In this document: positions 49,608 to 50,368 of the stretch, piece after piece | How the letters are laid out: every line of letters begins with the position of its first letter | How positions within the stretch are numbered: position 1 is the stretch's first letter | Source: Octopus bimaculoides | Taxonomy: Eukaryota | Direction of reading: 5' to 3' | Assembly: GCF_001194135.2 (NCBI RefSeq) | Contig: NC_068987.1 | Span: forward strand, 98,967,657 to 99,018,024 | Length of the DNA: 50,368 nt | Notes under the pieces: generated by a model | Seen by the model: the letters and a program-made list of their open reading frames with translations, nothing else | Told to the model about the DNA's origin: nothing | Database searches by the model: none | Program-made: the position numbers and the translations under genes

Positions 49608-50255
49608 GTGTGTGTGCGTATGCATGTGTATGTGTGTGTGTGTGTGGGTGCGTGGTTTGGTGGTTTATCTGTTAGTGTGTATGTGTGTGTTTGTGTGTGT
49701 GTGTGTGTGTGTGACCTAGTGGAAGGAATTAGTAGCAGGAATAGTTAGTGGGTGCTTATGGACAATGGTCAGTGGAAGGGCAGCAGGCAGTTTTTGTGTA
49801 TGGGTGTGTTCGTGTGTGGGTTTGTGTGGGGTTGTAGGTGTTGGGTACATGTGCATGTGTGTGTGTATTTTGTACGTGCGCGTGTGTGTATGTGTATGTT
49901 TTTATGCGTGCGTGTGTGTTTGTGTGTATGTGTATGTTGTGTATATGTGCGTTGCTGTGTACGTGTGTGTGCGTGCGTTTGCTTCTGTATGTGCGTGTGT
50001 TGTTTATGCCCATGTGTTTGTGATTGTATGCGTGTCTGTGTGAGTGTGTTGTGTTGGTGAGAGGTGTGTCTGCGTGTGTGTGCGTGTGTATGTGTATGTG
50101 GGTGTGTGCGTGTGTGTGTACATGTGTGTGTGCATATGTATGCGTGTAAGTGCATGCATGTGTGCTGTGTGTGTGTGGTGTGTTGGGGATAAGTGTGCAT
50201 ACATGTGTGTGTATGGGTGCGTGCATTTTTTGTGTGTGGGTATGTGTGCATGTAG
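49608..50255. repeat. Degenerate (TG)n-derived low-complexity tract
   Basis: Direct reading; it is the source of the Cys/Val- and His/Thr-rich ORFs in the track. Confidence 0.95.
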
Positions 50256-50368
50256 GAAGAGATGAAATAAATTGTGGAAAATTGTAGTGATTGTAATAAA
50301 AAAAGTGAATAATGGATATAATGTAAAGTGGATAAGGGGGGGGGGCAAAATAATAATAATAATAATAA

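Noticed and set aside
49752-50348. Cys/Val-rich and His/Thr-rich ORFs suggestive of metallothionein-like proteins
   Set aside because: Translation of a degenerate (TG)n tract.

Overview
AT-rich, microsatellite-saturated animal genomic DNA from a draft assembly: 11 N-gaps totalling about 6.0 kb, most flanked by simple repeats. The SINE families and repeat style suggest an octopus/cephalopod (inference). No intact, recognisable protein-coding gene is present, and nearly all long ORFs in the track are gap or microsatellite artefacts. The window reads as intronic or intergenic. It holds several tRNA-derived SINE families, R4/Dong-like LINE fragments anchored on (AAT)n, Tc1/mariner fragments and a MITE, a hAT-like MITE, a Helentron-type non-autonomous element, and three Penelope-like (PLE) fragments. 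The main unexplained signal is a set of seven type-I hammerhead ribozyme motifs from five sequence families. They include one apparently intact copy (42838-42921), a U3:A8 core variant, a branched-stem-II form and one carried by a tRNA-headed SINE-like element, and several sit in inverted-duplication structures. Weak candidate micro-exons and a recursive-splice-like AG|GTAAGT site hint at an unidentified host gene.
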